A stretch of 64,000 nt of DNA. Origin: Acidobacteriota bacterium. GTDB lineage: Bacteria; Acidobacteriota; Vicinamibacteria; Vicinamibacterales; UBA2999. The notes under the pieces were generated by a model. The model was not told where the DNA came from. It worked only from the letters and a program-made list of their open reading frames with translations, and did not search any database. Where the stretch lies: contig JAEUQR010000158.1 of NCBI GenBank assembly GCA_016789705.1, positions 6,550 through 70,549 of the forward strand. Direction: 5' to 3'. Within the stretch, counting starts at the first letter, position 1. Each line of letters opens with the position of its first letter. This document shows, one piece after another, positions 49,688 through 60,215 of this stretch. A program made the position numbers and the translations under genes.

Positions 49688-50297
49688 CGAGGTAGAAGGT
49701 GCTCACGAGCGCCCACACCAGGCGGTCGACCGTCATCGGTGAGACACCGAAGACGAGGAGTGCCCACCCCAGATAGATCGGGTGTCGCACGACCGTGAAC
49801 GGCCACACCACACGGATGGCGGCCGGCCGCGGCGGTCCGAGCACCTGGCGGATGCCGGCGAGTTCGAGGCCGTCGAGCACGCGCGCCCCGGCCAGCGTGA
49901 AGACGACGCCCGCGATCTGCATGCCGCGCAGCGCCCAGGCCGTCCAGCCGGTGGCGGTGTAGAGCACACCCGGCACGCGCTGCCAGCTCAGGCAGAGGGC
50001 GATGAAGAGCAGCGACGCGACCCATACGTAGAGCGACCGTTCGAGCTCTGGCGGCACGACGGACTGGATCCACGCCTTGGCGCGGGTACGCGCCATCACG
50101 CTGTGGTGCGCGGCGAAGACCGTGAAGGCAAGGACGTTCCACGCCATGGCCAGAGGACGCAGGCCGTCGCCCGGCGCCGGCGCCGCGAAGACGACGCCCA
50201 CGAACCAGACGCCCGTCATGAGCGCCGCCACGAACGCGGCGCCCCCACACCACGCCACGACGCGACTGGCGGCAGAGGAGGTGGTGGTGGACGGCAT
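49581..50297 (-). CDS. ICMT/NnrU-family membrane methyltransferase (MddA-like)
   Basis: HHSVMAR, ERSLYV, VRHPIYLG, EE motif; multiple TMs. Confidence 0.75.
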   Translation of the reverse strand: MPSTTTSSAASRVVAWCGGAAFVAALMTGVWFVGVVFAAPAPGDGLRPLAMAWNVLAFTVFAAHHSVMARTRAKAWIQSVVPPELERSLYVWVASLLFIALCLSWQRVPGVLYTATGWTAWALRGMQIAGVVFTLAGARVLDGLELAGIRQVLGPPRPAAIRVVWPFTVVRHPIYLGWALLVFGVSPMTVDRLVWALVSTFYLVIAMPWEERSLSAAAGPAYSAYCRRVRWRMVPGVY

Positions 50298-50370
50298 GGG
50301 TGGATGGCGCGGCAGCGGCGCGCACGTATTATAGGGACGCCCGCGCGCGCTTCGCGTGGCCAGGCCCCAC

Positions 50371-51639
50371 GTGAGCACACCGCGCATCGTCATCACCGGC
50401 ATCGGCGTCGTCTCGACGTTCGGCGCCGGCCGTGAACGCTTCTGGGATCACGTCTCGCGCGGCGTGAGCGGCACGCGCGCCATCACCGAGTTCGACGTCA
50501 CCGGGTACCCCTCCCAGGTGGCGGCGGCCGTGCCGCGCGTGGACATGACCGCGGCGCCCGCGCTCGACGGCGAAACGGCCGAGGGCTGGGAGTCGCGTGC
50601 TGACCCGAAGCGCTACTCGCGCGCGGCGCTCTTCGGGGTCATCGCCGGCCGCGAGGCCTGGCACGATGCCGGCCTCGGCGTCGGCACGCCGGGCGCCGGG
50701 GTCATCATCGGCAGCGGCGGTGGGGGCATCGACGTCGGCGAGAAGCAATACCGCGACTTCTTCACCAATGGCGGCAAGGGCGTCACGCCCTACGCCATCG
50801 CCATCGGCATCTGCGGCATGGTGTCGAGCGAGATCTCGATTTCGCTCGGGCTGCGCGGCGTGAGTCACGTGCTCTCGACCGGCTGCACGTCGTCCACCGA
50901 CGCCATCGGCTACGCGGCGGCGCTCCTACGCGCCGGCGAGGCGGACGTGATGCTCAGCGGCGGCACCGATGGCTGCGTACTGCCGGGAATGATGTTCGGC
51001 TTCGGGCGCATGCGCGCCGTGTCCACCCACTACAACGACCGGCCGGACCAGGCCTCGCGGCCCTTCGATCGCGGCCGCGACGGCTTCGTGCTCGGCGAAG
51101 GCGCGTGGATGCTGGCGCTCGAACGTGAAGACCGGGCGCGCGCCCGCGGCGCGCGCATCTATGCCAGCGTCGATGGTTATGCCTCGACCTGCGATGCCTA
51201 CCACCGCGTGCAGATGGATCCCGACGGCACCGAGATCGTGCGCTGCATGGAGACGGCCATCGCGAAGGCGGGCCGCGCGAAAGAGGCCATCGGCTACGTG
51301 AACTACCACGGCACGTCCACGCAGTTGAACGACGCGGTCGAAGCGCGCTGCACGCGACGGGCCTTCGGCGCGCTGGCGGACCGCCTGCCCGGCTCGTCCA
51401 CCAAGTCGATGATCGGCCACCCGCAGGGCGCGAGCGGCGCGGCGGGCGTTGTCACGACGGCGCTGGCGCTCGCGCGCGGGTTCCTGCCACCCACGATCAA
51501 CCTCACCGATCCGGACCCCGGCTGCGATCTCGACTTCCTGCCCCTGACGGGACGCGCGTCCACGGTCGAGGCGGCCCTCTGCAACTGCCTCGGCTTCGGT
51601 TCGAAGAACAGCGCGCTCGTGCTCGGAGCAGTGCCGTGA
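50371..51639 (+). CDS. Beta-ketoacyl-ACP synthase family ketosynthase (FabF / KS-alpha-like)
   Basis: STGCTSS (Cys), HGTST, KSMIGH, GFGSKN, RPFD.GRDGFVLGEG. Confidence 0.9.
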   Translation: MSTPRIVITGIGVVSTFGAGRERFWDHVSRGVSGTRAITEFDVTGYPSQVAAAVPRVDMTAAPALDGETAEGWESRADPKRYSRAALFGVIAGREAWHDAGLGVGTPGAGVIIGSGGGGIDVGEKQYRDFFTNGGKGVTPYAIAIGICGMVSSEISISLGLRGVSHVLSTGCTSSTDAIGYAAALLRAGEADVMLSGGTDGCVLPGMMFGFGRMRAVSTHYNDRPDQASRPFDRGRDGFVLGEGAWMLALEREDRARARGARIYASVDGYASTCDAYHRVQMDPDGTEIVRCMETAIAKAGRAKEAIGYVNYHGTSTQLNDAVEARCTRRAFGALADRLPGSSTKSMIGHPQGASGAAGVVTTALALARGFLPPTINLTDPDPGCDLDFLPLTGRASTVEAALCNCLGFGSKNSALVLGAVP

Positions 51640-52799
51640 GCCCGCACACGCCGATCGACGACGTGACCGTCGTGGGCGCCGGGCCGGCCGGGGCGCTCGC
51701 CGCGCTGATGCTGGCTCGCCGGGGCCTGCGCGTGCGTCTCGTGGACCGGGCCCGCTTTCCGCGGCCGAAGCTGTGCGGCGACACGCTCAATCCCGGCGCA
51801 CTCGCGTCGCTCGCTCCGCTTCTCGACGTCGATACCCTGCGCCCGTTCGGCCTGCCGCTCGCCGGCATGCGGCTCTCGGGGCCTGGCGGCGTGACCGTCA
51901 CGGGCCGGTATCCGGCGGGCCTGACCGGACTCTCCGTGACACGACTGGTGCTCGACGCGCGGCTGCTCGACGTCGCGCGTCTGGCCGGCGTGATGGTCGA
52001 AGACGGTGTGGTCGTGCGCGGTCCGGCAACCGGGAGCGGGGTGGTGCACGGCGTGCGGATCGTCACGGCATCCGGCGAGCGCGAACACCGATCGCGCCTG
52101 GTGCTCGGCTGCGATGGCCGGGCCTCGGCGCTGGCCCGGGCCTGCGGTCTCGCGCACACGCCGCGGTCGCCGCGCCGGTGGGCCTTCGGCGTCTACGTCC
52201 ACGGCGTGCAGGGCGTCGATCCGGCGTACGGCGAGATGCACGTCCGCGACGGCAGCTATCTGGGGATTGCGCCCGTGGCGGGTGGTCTCGCCAACGTCTG
52301 TCTCGTGCTGCCTCGACTGCGCGCCGCCGGTGCCGTCGGGCGTCCGTGGGAGGCGATTCGTGACGCCGTCGCCGCCGATGTGCTGCTGCGCGAGCGTTTC
52401 GCCGACGCGCGTCTCGCCTCCGATCCGGTCGTGCTCGGGCCGGTGGCGGTGGACGTCGCGCGAGCGGGCGTGCCGGGCATGCTCCTTGCGGGTGATGCCT
52501 CCGGCTTCGTCGATCCGATGACGGGCGATGGGTTGCGCCTGGCCATCGACGGCGCGCAGCTGGCCGCCGCGATTGCGATCGAGGTGCTCGAGGGCCGCCT
52601 CGCGGCCGATGCCGCCGCGAGCGCGCTCGCCACCGCCAGGCGGCGGGCCTTCGCGGCGAAATGGCGCTTCAACCGCGGCCTGCGCGCGCTCGTCGACGCG
52701 CCGTCGCTCGTGCGCGCGGCCACGCTGGCGGCGCGCGCCTGGCCGGGGGCGTTCGAGGCGATGGTGCGGTATGCGGGCGACGCTCGCCTGGCCGCATGA
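51636..52799 (+). CDS. FAD-dependent oxidoreductase (geranylgeranyl reductase/hydroxylase-like)
   Basis: GAGPAG, FPRPKLCGD, CDG, AGDASGFVDPMTGDG. Confidence 0.88.
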   Translation: MSPHTPIDDVTVVGAGPAGALAALMLARRGLRVRLVDRARFPRPKLCGDTLNPGALASLAPLLDVDTLRPFGLPLAGMRLSGPGGVTVTGRYPAGLTGLSVTRLVLDARLLDVARLAGVMVEDGVVVRGPATGSGVVHGVRIVTASGEREHRSRLVLGCDGRASALARACGLAHTPRSPRRWAFGVYVHGVQGVDPAYGEMHVRDGSYLGIAPVAGGLANVCLVLPRLRAAGAVGRPWEAIRDAVAADVLLRERFADARLASDPVVLGPVAVDVARAGVPGMLLAGDASGFVDPMTGDGLRLAIDGAQLAAAIAIEVLEGRLAADAAASALATARRRAFAAKWRFNRGLRALVDAPSLVRAATLAARAWPGAFEAMVRYAGDARLAA

Positions 52800-53326
52800 G
52801 GGCCCCCATGCCGATTGCCGCGATCATCAGTCTCGGTACCCTGTGCGCCGTGCTCGCCGTGATGGCGGGGGAGGCGGTGCTCTCGTCCTACAACGCCTCG
52901 CTGCTGCGCGCCCGCGGCGCCGTCGAACCACCTGACGACGTCTACCGCACGATGCAGTGGGCCTATCCGGCGGCGTTCGTCGCCATGGCCATCGAAGGCG
53001 CGCTCAGCGGGCCGTCGCCGATGGCCGCCCTGGGCCTCGGCCTCGGCGTCTTTGGCCTCGCCAAGGCCCTCAAGGCGTGGGCGATCTCCACGCTCGGCAC
53101 GCGGTGGTCCTTCCGCGTGCTCGTGCCGCCAAAAGAACCGCCGATCGTGGCGGGGCCCTATCGGCTGCTGAATCACCCGAACTACGTGGCCGTGAGCGGC
53201 GAGATGATCGGCGCCGCACTCATCGTCGGCGCGCCGGTGAGCGGTGTCGTGGCCACGGTTGGCTTTGCGTGGCTGATGCGCCGGCGAATCGCCATCGAAG
53301 ACCGCGCCCTCGGCCGCCGGGCGTGA
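52796..53326 (+). CDS. Isoprenylcysteine carboxyl methyltransferase family (SrsB/BpsB-like)
   Basis: WAISTLG.RW, GPYRLLNHPNY, RI..ED; ATGA coupling. Confidence 0.85.
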   Translation: MRAPMPIAAIISLGTLCAVLAVMAGEAVLSSYNASLLRARGAVEPPDDVYRTMQWAYPAAFVAMAIEGALSGPSPMAALGLGLGVFGLAKALKAWAISTLGTRWSFRVLVPPKEPPIVAGPYRLLNHPNYVAVSGEMIGAALIVGAPVSGVVATVGFAWLMRRRIAIEDRALGRRA

Positions 53327-53349
53327 CCGGCCCGGTAAGATACCTGCCG

Positions 53350-54783
53350 ATGCCGACGCCCGCGCCGCGTGCTCCGATCCGTCCCGTCCCCGCCGTGCCG
53401 CGGCTCGTGTCGGTGCTCGACGGACTCACGGCCCTCGTCGCCCTCGTGGCGGCGTCGACGCTCGTCACCGGCGGCTTCAGGGCCGAATTCCTCGGCCTGC
53501 GTGTCTCGACCACGTCGTGGTGGCGCGTCGCCCTCGTGGCCCTCGTCCTGCTCGCGGCGCGGCATGCCTGGCGGCGCTCGCCGTGGTTTGCGTCGCGCGG
53601 CTGGCACGCGTACATGCGCTGGCGGCAGGATGCCGTCACGCGTGCCACCTGGCCGGTCATCGTCACGACGCGCCTCGGCGTGCTCGTCGTCGGGTTGCTC
53701 GCCGTGCACGCCATCGGGTATCCGCAGGGCCGCGCGCCCATTCGCGTCGCCGAAGGGGAAGTGGCGAACCTGCCGGCGCGGTTCGACGCCGGCTGGTATC
53801 TCACGATCGCGACGCGGGGCTACGAGTACCTGCCGAATCGCTTCGACCGGCAGCAGAACCTCGTGTTCTTCCCGGCCTTCCCGACGCTGATGGCGTGGGT
53901 CTCGCTGCTCTTCGCGCGGCAGGTCGTCTGGAGCGGTGCCATCGTGTCGATGGTGGCGTTCGCGTGGGCGATGCGCTACCTCTTCAGGCTGGCCCGCGAG
54001 CTCATGGACGAGGCGCGCGCGGTCGTGGCCGTGGCCCTGCTCGCCGCCTATCCGTTCGCCGTGTTCTTCAGCGCGCCGTACACCGAGGGGCTGTTCCTGC
54101 TCGCGATGCTCGGCGCCTGGTGGCACCTGCGCCGCGACGAGCGCTGGGCCGGCTTCGCGTGGGGCTTCGTGGCCGGCCTCACGCGGCCGAATGGCTGCCT
54201 GCTGTCGGTGCCGCTCGCACTCGTCGTGGTGGCGCCGCTCTGGAAACACGGCCGCCTCCAGCGTCCGCCGGACGGCTGGCTCGGCGTGGTCGACCGGCTG
54301 GTCGTGGCGGCGGCGCCCGGTCTCGGCATGCTCGCCTATTCCGCCTACGTGTACGACGTGACCGGCGACCCGTTCATGTGGATCCGGCTCCAGGCGGCGT
54401 GGGGACGCGAGAACATCGGCGTGGCCGCCTTCCTCGCCGGCGAGTGGCGCTCGCTCGGCGAGCAGGGACTCTACGGGTATGCGACCGGAGACGTCCCGAA
54501 CTTCCTGAACGCGCTCGCGGCGCTGCTCGTCGGCGCGAGCCTCGTGCCGGTGTGGCGGCGCTTCGGCGCCCCGGCCGCGGTGCTGCTGGCCGTGAACCTG
54601 GCGCCGTCGCTCGCAAGCGGCGGGTGGCTCTCGGTGGGCCGTGCCACCTCGGTGTTGTTTCCGCTCTTTCTGTGGCTGGCCGACGTCGTGCCGGCCCGCC
54701 ACCGGCTGGTCTGGATCGCGGCCTTCGCCGCGCTGCAGGCCTTTGCCGCGACGCTCTTCTTCACCTGGCGGCCGGTGTTCTGA
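53350..54783 (+). CDS. GT-C fold membrane glycosyltransferase (PIG-V/mannosyltransferase-like)
   Basis: RFDAGWYLTIA.RGY, FFPAFP, YTEGLFL, TRPNG; many TMs; alternative start GTG 53323. Confidence 0.82.
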   Translation: MPTPAPRAPIRPVPAVPRLVSVLDGLTALVALVAASTLVTGGFRAEFLGLRVSTTSWWRVALVALVLLAARHAWRRSPWFASRGWHAYMRWRQDAVTRATWPVIVTTRLGVLVVGLLAVHAIGYPQGRAPIRVAEGEVANLPARFDAGWYLTIATRGYEYLPNRFDRQQNLVFFPAFPTLMAWVSLLFARQVVWSGAIVSMVAFAWAMRYLFRLARELMDEARAVVAVALLAAYPFAVFFSAPYTEGLFLLAMLGAWWHLRRDERWAGFAWGFVAGLTRPNGCLLSVPLALVVVAPLWKHGRLQRPPDGWLGVVDRLVVAAAPGLGMLAYSAYVYDVTGDPFMWIRLQAAWGRENIGVAAFLAGEWRSLGEQGLYGYATGDVPNFLNALAALLVGASLVPVWRRFGAPAAVLLAVNLAPSLASGGWLSVGRATSVLFPLFLWLADVVPARHRLVWIAAFAALQAFAATLFFTWRPVF

Positions 54784-54863
54784 CGGTCCCGGCCAATCCA
54801 CCGGCCCGGCCGTCTGTACCAGCATCCGTGACGACACCGTATACTGACCCTTCCGGGCCGTCC

Positions 54864-57377
54864 ATGACCCATATTCCGCTGGCACGCCGACCGTTCCGCG
54901 TCCTCGCCGCCGTGTTCGCCATGGCGTGTGTCCTCGCGGCGGGGGGCGCCATGGCTCAGGTGCCGGCGGGGAATCCCCGCGCGGCCGCCGCCCGCGCGCT
55001 CGACCGCGGCAACTACGCCGAGGTCCACGCGCTGCTCAAGGGGCTCGACGACGACACCCCCGCCGCCGTGCTGCGTGCCCGCGCCTACGTGGCGGTGGGG
55101 CAGTATGGCGAGGCGGAGAAGGTGCTCCAGCCGGCCGTCCTCGAGAACCCGATCGGTGATGCCGCCGTGGAGCTGGGCACCCTGCAGCGGATGCTCGGAC
55201 GCCGCGAGGCGCTGCGCACGCTGTCGATCATCCTCTCGCGCGACATCATGGCGGCTTCGGCGCCCGACTACGTGCGCGCCGGCCGCGCGGCGCGGGCGCT
55301 CAGGCGTTTCCAGGACGCCAACGGTTTCTTCCGCCAGGCCAACGCGCAGGCGCCGACCGACGTCGATGTCAACGTGGCGTGGGGCGAGCTGTTCCTCGAG
55401 GCCCACGAACGCGGTGAGGCGGCCCGCTCGTTCCAGGCGGCGCTGCGCACCGAGGCCGAACATCCCGGCGCGCTCATGGGCCTGGCCCGGACGATGGCCG
55501 AGGACAACCCGCCGCTGGCCCGCAAGCTGGCGATGCAGGTGCTCTCGATCAACGAGAAGCACACGGGGGCGCGCGTGCTGCTCGCCGAACTCGCCCTCGA
55601 CGAGACGAAACGCGCCGATGCGGCCGCCGAGGTCGACAAGGCGCTCGCCGTCAACCCGAACCACTTCGACGCGCTGTCGCTCAGGGCCGCCATTGCCTGG
55701 CTCGACAAGCGCACCGACGACTACACCGCCACGACCAACGCGCTCATGAAGCTCAACCCGACCTACGGGGAGGTCTATCGCGTGGTGGGCGGCGTGGCGG
55801 CGCGGCAGTACCGGTTCGAAGACGCCGCCGAGCTGGCGCGCCGCGCCATCACCGTGGACCGCGAGAACGTGCGTGCCTACGCCGACCTTGGTGCCCACCT
55901 CATGCGCACGGGCGACGAACGCGGCGCCCGCCGCGCGCTCGAAACGGCGTTCCGCGCCGACCCGTTCGACCGGGTCACCTACAACCTGCTGGCGCTGCTC
56001 GACACGCTCGACGGCTTCGAGACGATCCGCGACGGCGATCTCGTCATCCGGCTGCATCCCGACGAAGCGGCCGTGATGCGCGAATATGTGCCGGGGCTCG
56101 CGCGTGAGGCGCTGGCCTCGCTCTCGAAGCGCTGGAATTTCACGCCCTCCGGTCCCATCCTCATCGAGATGTTCCCGCGGCACGACGACTTCGCCGTGCG
56201 CACGCTGGGCTTGCCGGGCATGATCGGCGCGCTCGGCGCCTGCTTCGGCAAGGTCGTGACGCTCGACTCCCCGAAGGCGCGGCCACCCGGCGAGTTCAAC
56301 TGGGGCGCCACGCTGTGGCACGAGATCGCGCACGTCATCACCCTGCAGCTCTCGAACCAGCGCGTGCCGCGGTGGCTCACCGAAGGCATCTCGGTCTGGG
56401 AAGAGACGCGGGCGCGTCCGGCCTGGGGCCGCGAGATGGAAGTCACCTTCGCCGGCGCCATCAATCGCGGCCAGGTGATGAAGCTGCGTGAGCTCAACTC
56501 CGGCTTCAGCAATCCCGAACTCATCTCGCTCGCCTACTACGAGGCGTCGCTGCTCGTCGAACACATCGTCGCCCGCTTCGGCGAACCGGCTCTGCGCGAG
56601 CTCGTGCGTGTCTTCGCCGACGACGTCGACAGCGAGACCGCCATCACGCGCGTGCTCAAGGTGCCGATGGACGACCTGCAGAAGACGTTCGACGGCTTCC
56701 TCGACACGCGCTTCGGGGCGCTGCGCCGCGCGCTCGTCACGCCCGAAGGCTTCGACCCCGACCAGCCGCTCGACCGCCTGCGCCCGCTGGCCGAGGCCAA
56801 CGCCGGCAGCTTCCCGGTGCAGCTCGCCCTGGCCCGCGCGCTCGAAGAGAAGGAGCCGGATGCGGCGCTCGCCGTCTATCGCCGGGCCGCCGCGCTCGTG
56901 CCGCTCGCGACCGGCGATGGCAGTCCACAGGAGCGCATCGCCGCGCTCCTGCAGGCCAGGGGTGACAAGGCCGGCGCCGCCGCCGCCCTCGAGGCGCTGA
57001 CCACCGCCGACCACACGGCCGTGGTCTCGGCGCGCGCGCTCGTCGAGCTGCTCGATGCCGGCACCGACGCCGCCCGCCGCCGCGCCGCGCTGGCCAAGGT
57101 CGTGGCCATCGACCCGTTCGATGCCGCGGCGCACACCGAGCTTGGCCGCTTCGCGCTCGCCGAGGGACAACTGCCGGCCGCGCTCCAGAACTTCCGGGTG
57201 GCGGTCGCCGCCGGCGCGCAGGATCGCGCCGGCGCCCACGCCGACCTCGGCGAGGCGCTCGAGAAGTCGGGCGCGAAAGACGACGCCAAGCGGCAGGCGC
57301 TGCTGGCCCTCGAGGTCGCGCCGAGCTACGTGCGCGCCCAGGAACTGCTGCTGCGGCTGGTGGAGCCGCCGCAGTGA
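54864..57377 (+). CDS. Secreted TPR-repeat protein with peptidase MA (gluzincin) domain
   Basis: Signal peptide, TPR-like repeats, HEIAH, PRWLTEG, LAYYEA. Confidence 0.85.
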   Translation: MTHIPLARRPFRVLAAVFAMACVLAAGGAMAQVPAGNPRAAAARALDRGNYAEVHALLKGLDDDTPAAVLRARAYVAVGQYGEAEKVLQPAVLENPIGDAAVELGTLQRMLGRREALRTLSIILSRDIMAASAPDYVRAGRAARALRRFQDANGFFRQANAQAPTDVDVNVAWGELFLEAHERGEAARSFQAALRTEAEHPGALMGLARTMAEDNPPLARKLAMQVLSINEKHTGARVLLAELALDETKRADAAAEVDKALAVNPNHFDALSLRAAIAWLDKRTDDYTATTNALMKLNPTYGEVYRVVGGVAARQYRFEDAAELARRAITVDRENVRAYADLGAHLMRTGDERGARRALETAFRADPFDRVTYNLLALLDTLDGFETIRDGDLVIRLHPDEAAVMREYVPGLAREALASLSKRWNFTPSGPILIEMFPRHDDFAVRTLGLPGMIGALGACFGKVVTLDSPKARPPGEFNWGATLWHEIAHVITLQLSNQRVPRWLTEGISVWEETRARPAWGREMEVTFAGAINRGQVMKLRELNSGFSNPELISLAYYEASLLVEHIVARFGEPALRELVRVFADDVDSETAITRVLKVPMDDLQKTFDGFLDTRFGALRRALVTPEGFDPDQPLDRLRPLAEANAGSFPVQLALARALEEKEPDAALAVYRRAAALVPLATGDGSPQERIAALLQARGDKAGAAAALEALTTADHTAVVSARALVELLDAGTDAARRRAALAKVVAIDPFDAAAHTELGRFALAEGQLPAALQNFRVAVAAGAQDRAGAHADLGEALEKSGAKDDAKRQALLALEVAPSYVRAQELLLRLVEPPQ

Positions 57378-58225
57378 CGGCTGGCGCGGCCCGGCCCGTC
57401 GCCGCCTGGCGTCGCGCCCTTCGGCAGGCGCCGTTCGCGATGGCCGTGGTGGGCCTGCTCGCCTTTGTCGCGCCGGCCCTGTCGCTGCTCGTGAAGGAGG
57501 CCGCGGCGCAGTCTGGTGTCTTCAAGGAAGACCGCTTCGCCGGCCTGCAGTGGACGTTCGTGCGCGTGAAGTACACGCCCACGCAGGGCGACCTCGCGAT
57601 GCGCACGCGATTCGGCTTCTGGGACGACCCGTGGGCCATCGATGCGCCGGCCGCCGAGCAGAACCTGTCACGCCGTGTGCAGACGGCCACCTCGATCGAA
57701 GTGGGGGAGCCGCTCGTCATGGCGCTCGACGACCCGCGCCTCTTCCAGTATCCGTGGCTGTACCTGGTCGAGCCGAGCAATGCGATCTTCAGCGACGAGG
57801 AAGCGGCGACGCTGCGCGAGTTCCTGCTGCGCGGCGGCACGCTCACGCTCGACGACTTCCACGGCTCGTTCGAGTGGGACCTGACCGTGCGCCTGCTGGC
57901 CAGGGTGTTCCCGGACCGCGAGTTCGTGGATCTGTCGCCGCCGCACCCGATCTTCACGAGCTTCTACCAGTTCGAGCGGTATCCGCAGGTGCCGGGCCTC
58001 GGCTCGTTCTTCAACGGCCGCACCTGGGAGAAGGGCGGCTACACGGCCCGCCTGCGGGCGATTCTCGACGACACCGGACGCCCGATGGTGCTCGCCAACT
58101 GGAACACCGACATGGGCGACGGCTGGGAGTGGTCGAACGCCGAGGAGTATCCCGGGTATTTGAAGTGGACCACCGTCGCGTACCAGATGATGATCAACGA
58201 GATCGTCTATACGCTCACGCACTAG
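57374..58225 (+). CDS. DUF4159 domain protein
   Basis: W..D.P.AE.NL, LREFLLRGG.L..DDFHG, HPIF, NTDMGDGWE. Confidence 0.8.
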   Translation: MTAGAARPVAAWRRALRQAPFAMAVVGLLAFVAPALSLLVKEAAAQSGVFKEDRFAGLQWTFVRVKYTPTQGDLAMRTRFGFWDDPWAIDAPAAEQNLSRRVQTATSIEVGEPLVMALDDPRLFQYPWLYLVEPSNAIFSDEEAATLREFLLRGGTLTLDDFHGSFEWDLTVRLLARVFPDREFVDLSPPHPIFTSFYQFERYPQVPGLGSFFNGRTWEKGGYTARLRAILDDTGRPMVLANWNTDMGDGWEWSNAEEYPGYLKWTTVAYQMMINEIVYTLTH

Positions 58226-58298
58226 GGACTGGGGACTGGGGGCTGGGGGCTGGGGCTCCCGATTCCCGGAACCCGATGCACGGCGCACGATGCACGCC
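58225..58298 (+). repeat. Intergenic heptamer tandem repeats
   Basis: GGGACTG x2, GGGGCTG x2, then TCCCGAT/TCCCGGA/ACCCGAT, then GCACGGC/GCACGAT/GCACGCC. Confidence 0.75.
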
Positions 58299-58309
58299 GA
58301 TGGATGCGC

Positions 58310-59320
<1,011 letters not shown>

Positions 59321-59324
59321 GCCG

Positions 59325-60215
59325 ATGGCCGGTCCCGCGCGGTATCTCGACCCGAAGGTCCTCGCCCGGATCGGCTCGCTCGATCTGAAGGCGAAGACCG
59401 TCGTCGAGGGCGTGCTGAGCGGCCTGCACCGCAGCCCGAAGCGCGGCTACAGCGTGGAGTTCGCCGAGTACCGCCAGTACCTGCCCGGTGACGCGCTCGC
59501 GACCATCGACTGGAAGGTCTACGCGCGCTCCGACCGGCACTACGTGAAGAAGTTCGAGGAAGACACCAACCTCGACTGCCATCTGCTCGTCGACATCAGC
59601 GGCTCGATGGCCTACGGGTCGCACGGCGTCACGAAGCGCGACTACGCCTGTTATCTCGCCGCTTCGCTCGCCTATCTGATGCACCGCCAGCGCGACGCCG
59701 TGGGGTTCATCGCCTTCGATGAGGCCATCGTGCAGCGGCTGCCGCCCTCGGCGCGGGCCTCGCACCTGCGGGCGGTGCTGCTCGGGCTCGAGCGCCTGCC
59801 GCAGGGCGTGAAGACCAATGTGGCCAAGCCGCTCGGCGACCTCGCCAAGGTGCTGGCCAAGCGCGGGCTCGTCGTCGTCATCTCGGATCTGCTCGACGAC
59901 CCGGCCGGCGTCATCCAGGGGCTGCGTCACTTCCGCCAGCGTGGCACCGACGTCATCGTGTTCCACGTGCTCGACCCGCAGGAGCTCCACTTCACCTTCG
60001 CCGACGTCGCGCGGTTCCGCGATGTCGAATCGGCGAGCGAGGTGTTCGCCGACCCGGCGGCGGTCCGCGGTGAGTACCTTGCGGCGGTGGGCGGCTTCAT
60101 CGACACCTACCGGCAGCAACTCGGCGGCGCCGGCATCGACTACCACCTGCTCGACACCTCGAAGCCGCTCGACCTGGCGCTCGTCGCCTATCTGAAAGCG
60201 CGGGGGCGCGGCTGA
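59325..60215 (+). CDS. DUF58 (VWA-like) protein
   Basis: GLHRS..RGYSVEFAEYRQY.PGD, IDWKVYAR, DISGSM, ISD. Confidence 0.92.
   Translation: MAGPARYLDPKVLARIGSLDLKAKTVVEGVLSGLHRSPKRGYSVEFAEYRQYLPGDALATIDWKVYARSDRHYVKKFEEDTNLDCHLLVDISGSMAYGSHGVTKRDYACYLAASLAYLMHRQRDAVGFIAFDEAIVQRLPPSARASHLRAVLLGLERLPQGVKTNVAKPLGDLAKVLAKRGLVVVISDLLDDPAGVIQGLRHFRQRGTDVIVFHVLDPQELHFTFADVARFRDVESASEVFADPAAVRGEYLAAVGGFIDTYRQQLGGAGIDYHLLDTSKPLDLALVAYLKARGRG

Noticed and set aside
50371-51639. Complete aromatic type II PKS
   Set aside because: No chain-length factor, ACP, cyclase or aromatase in the window
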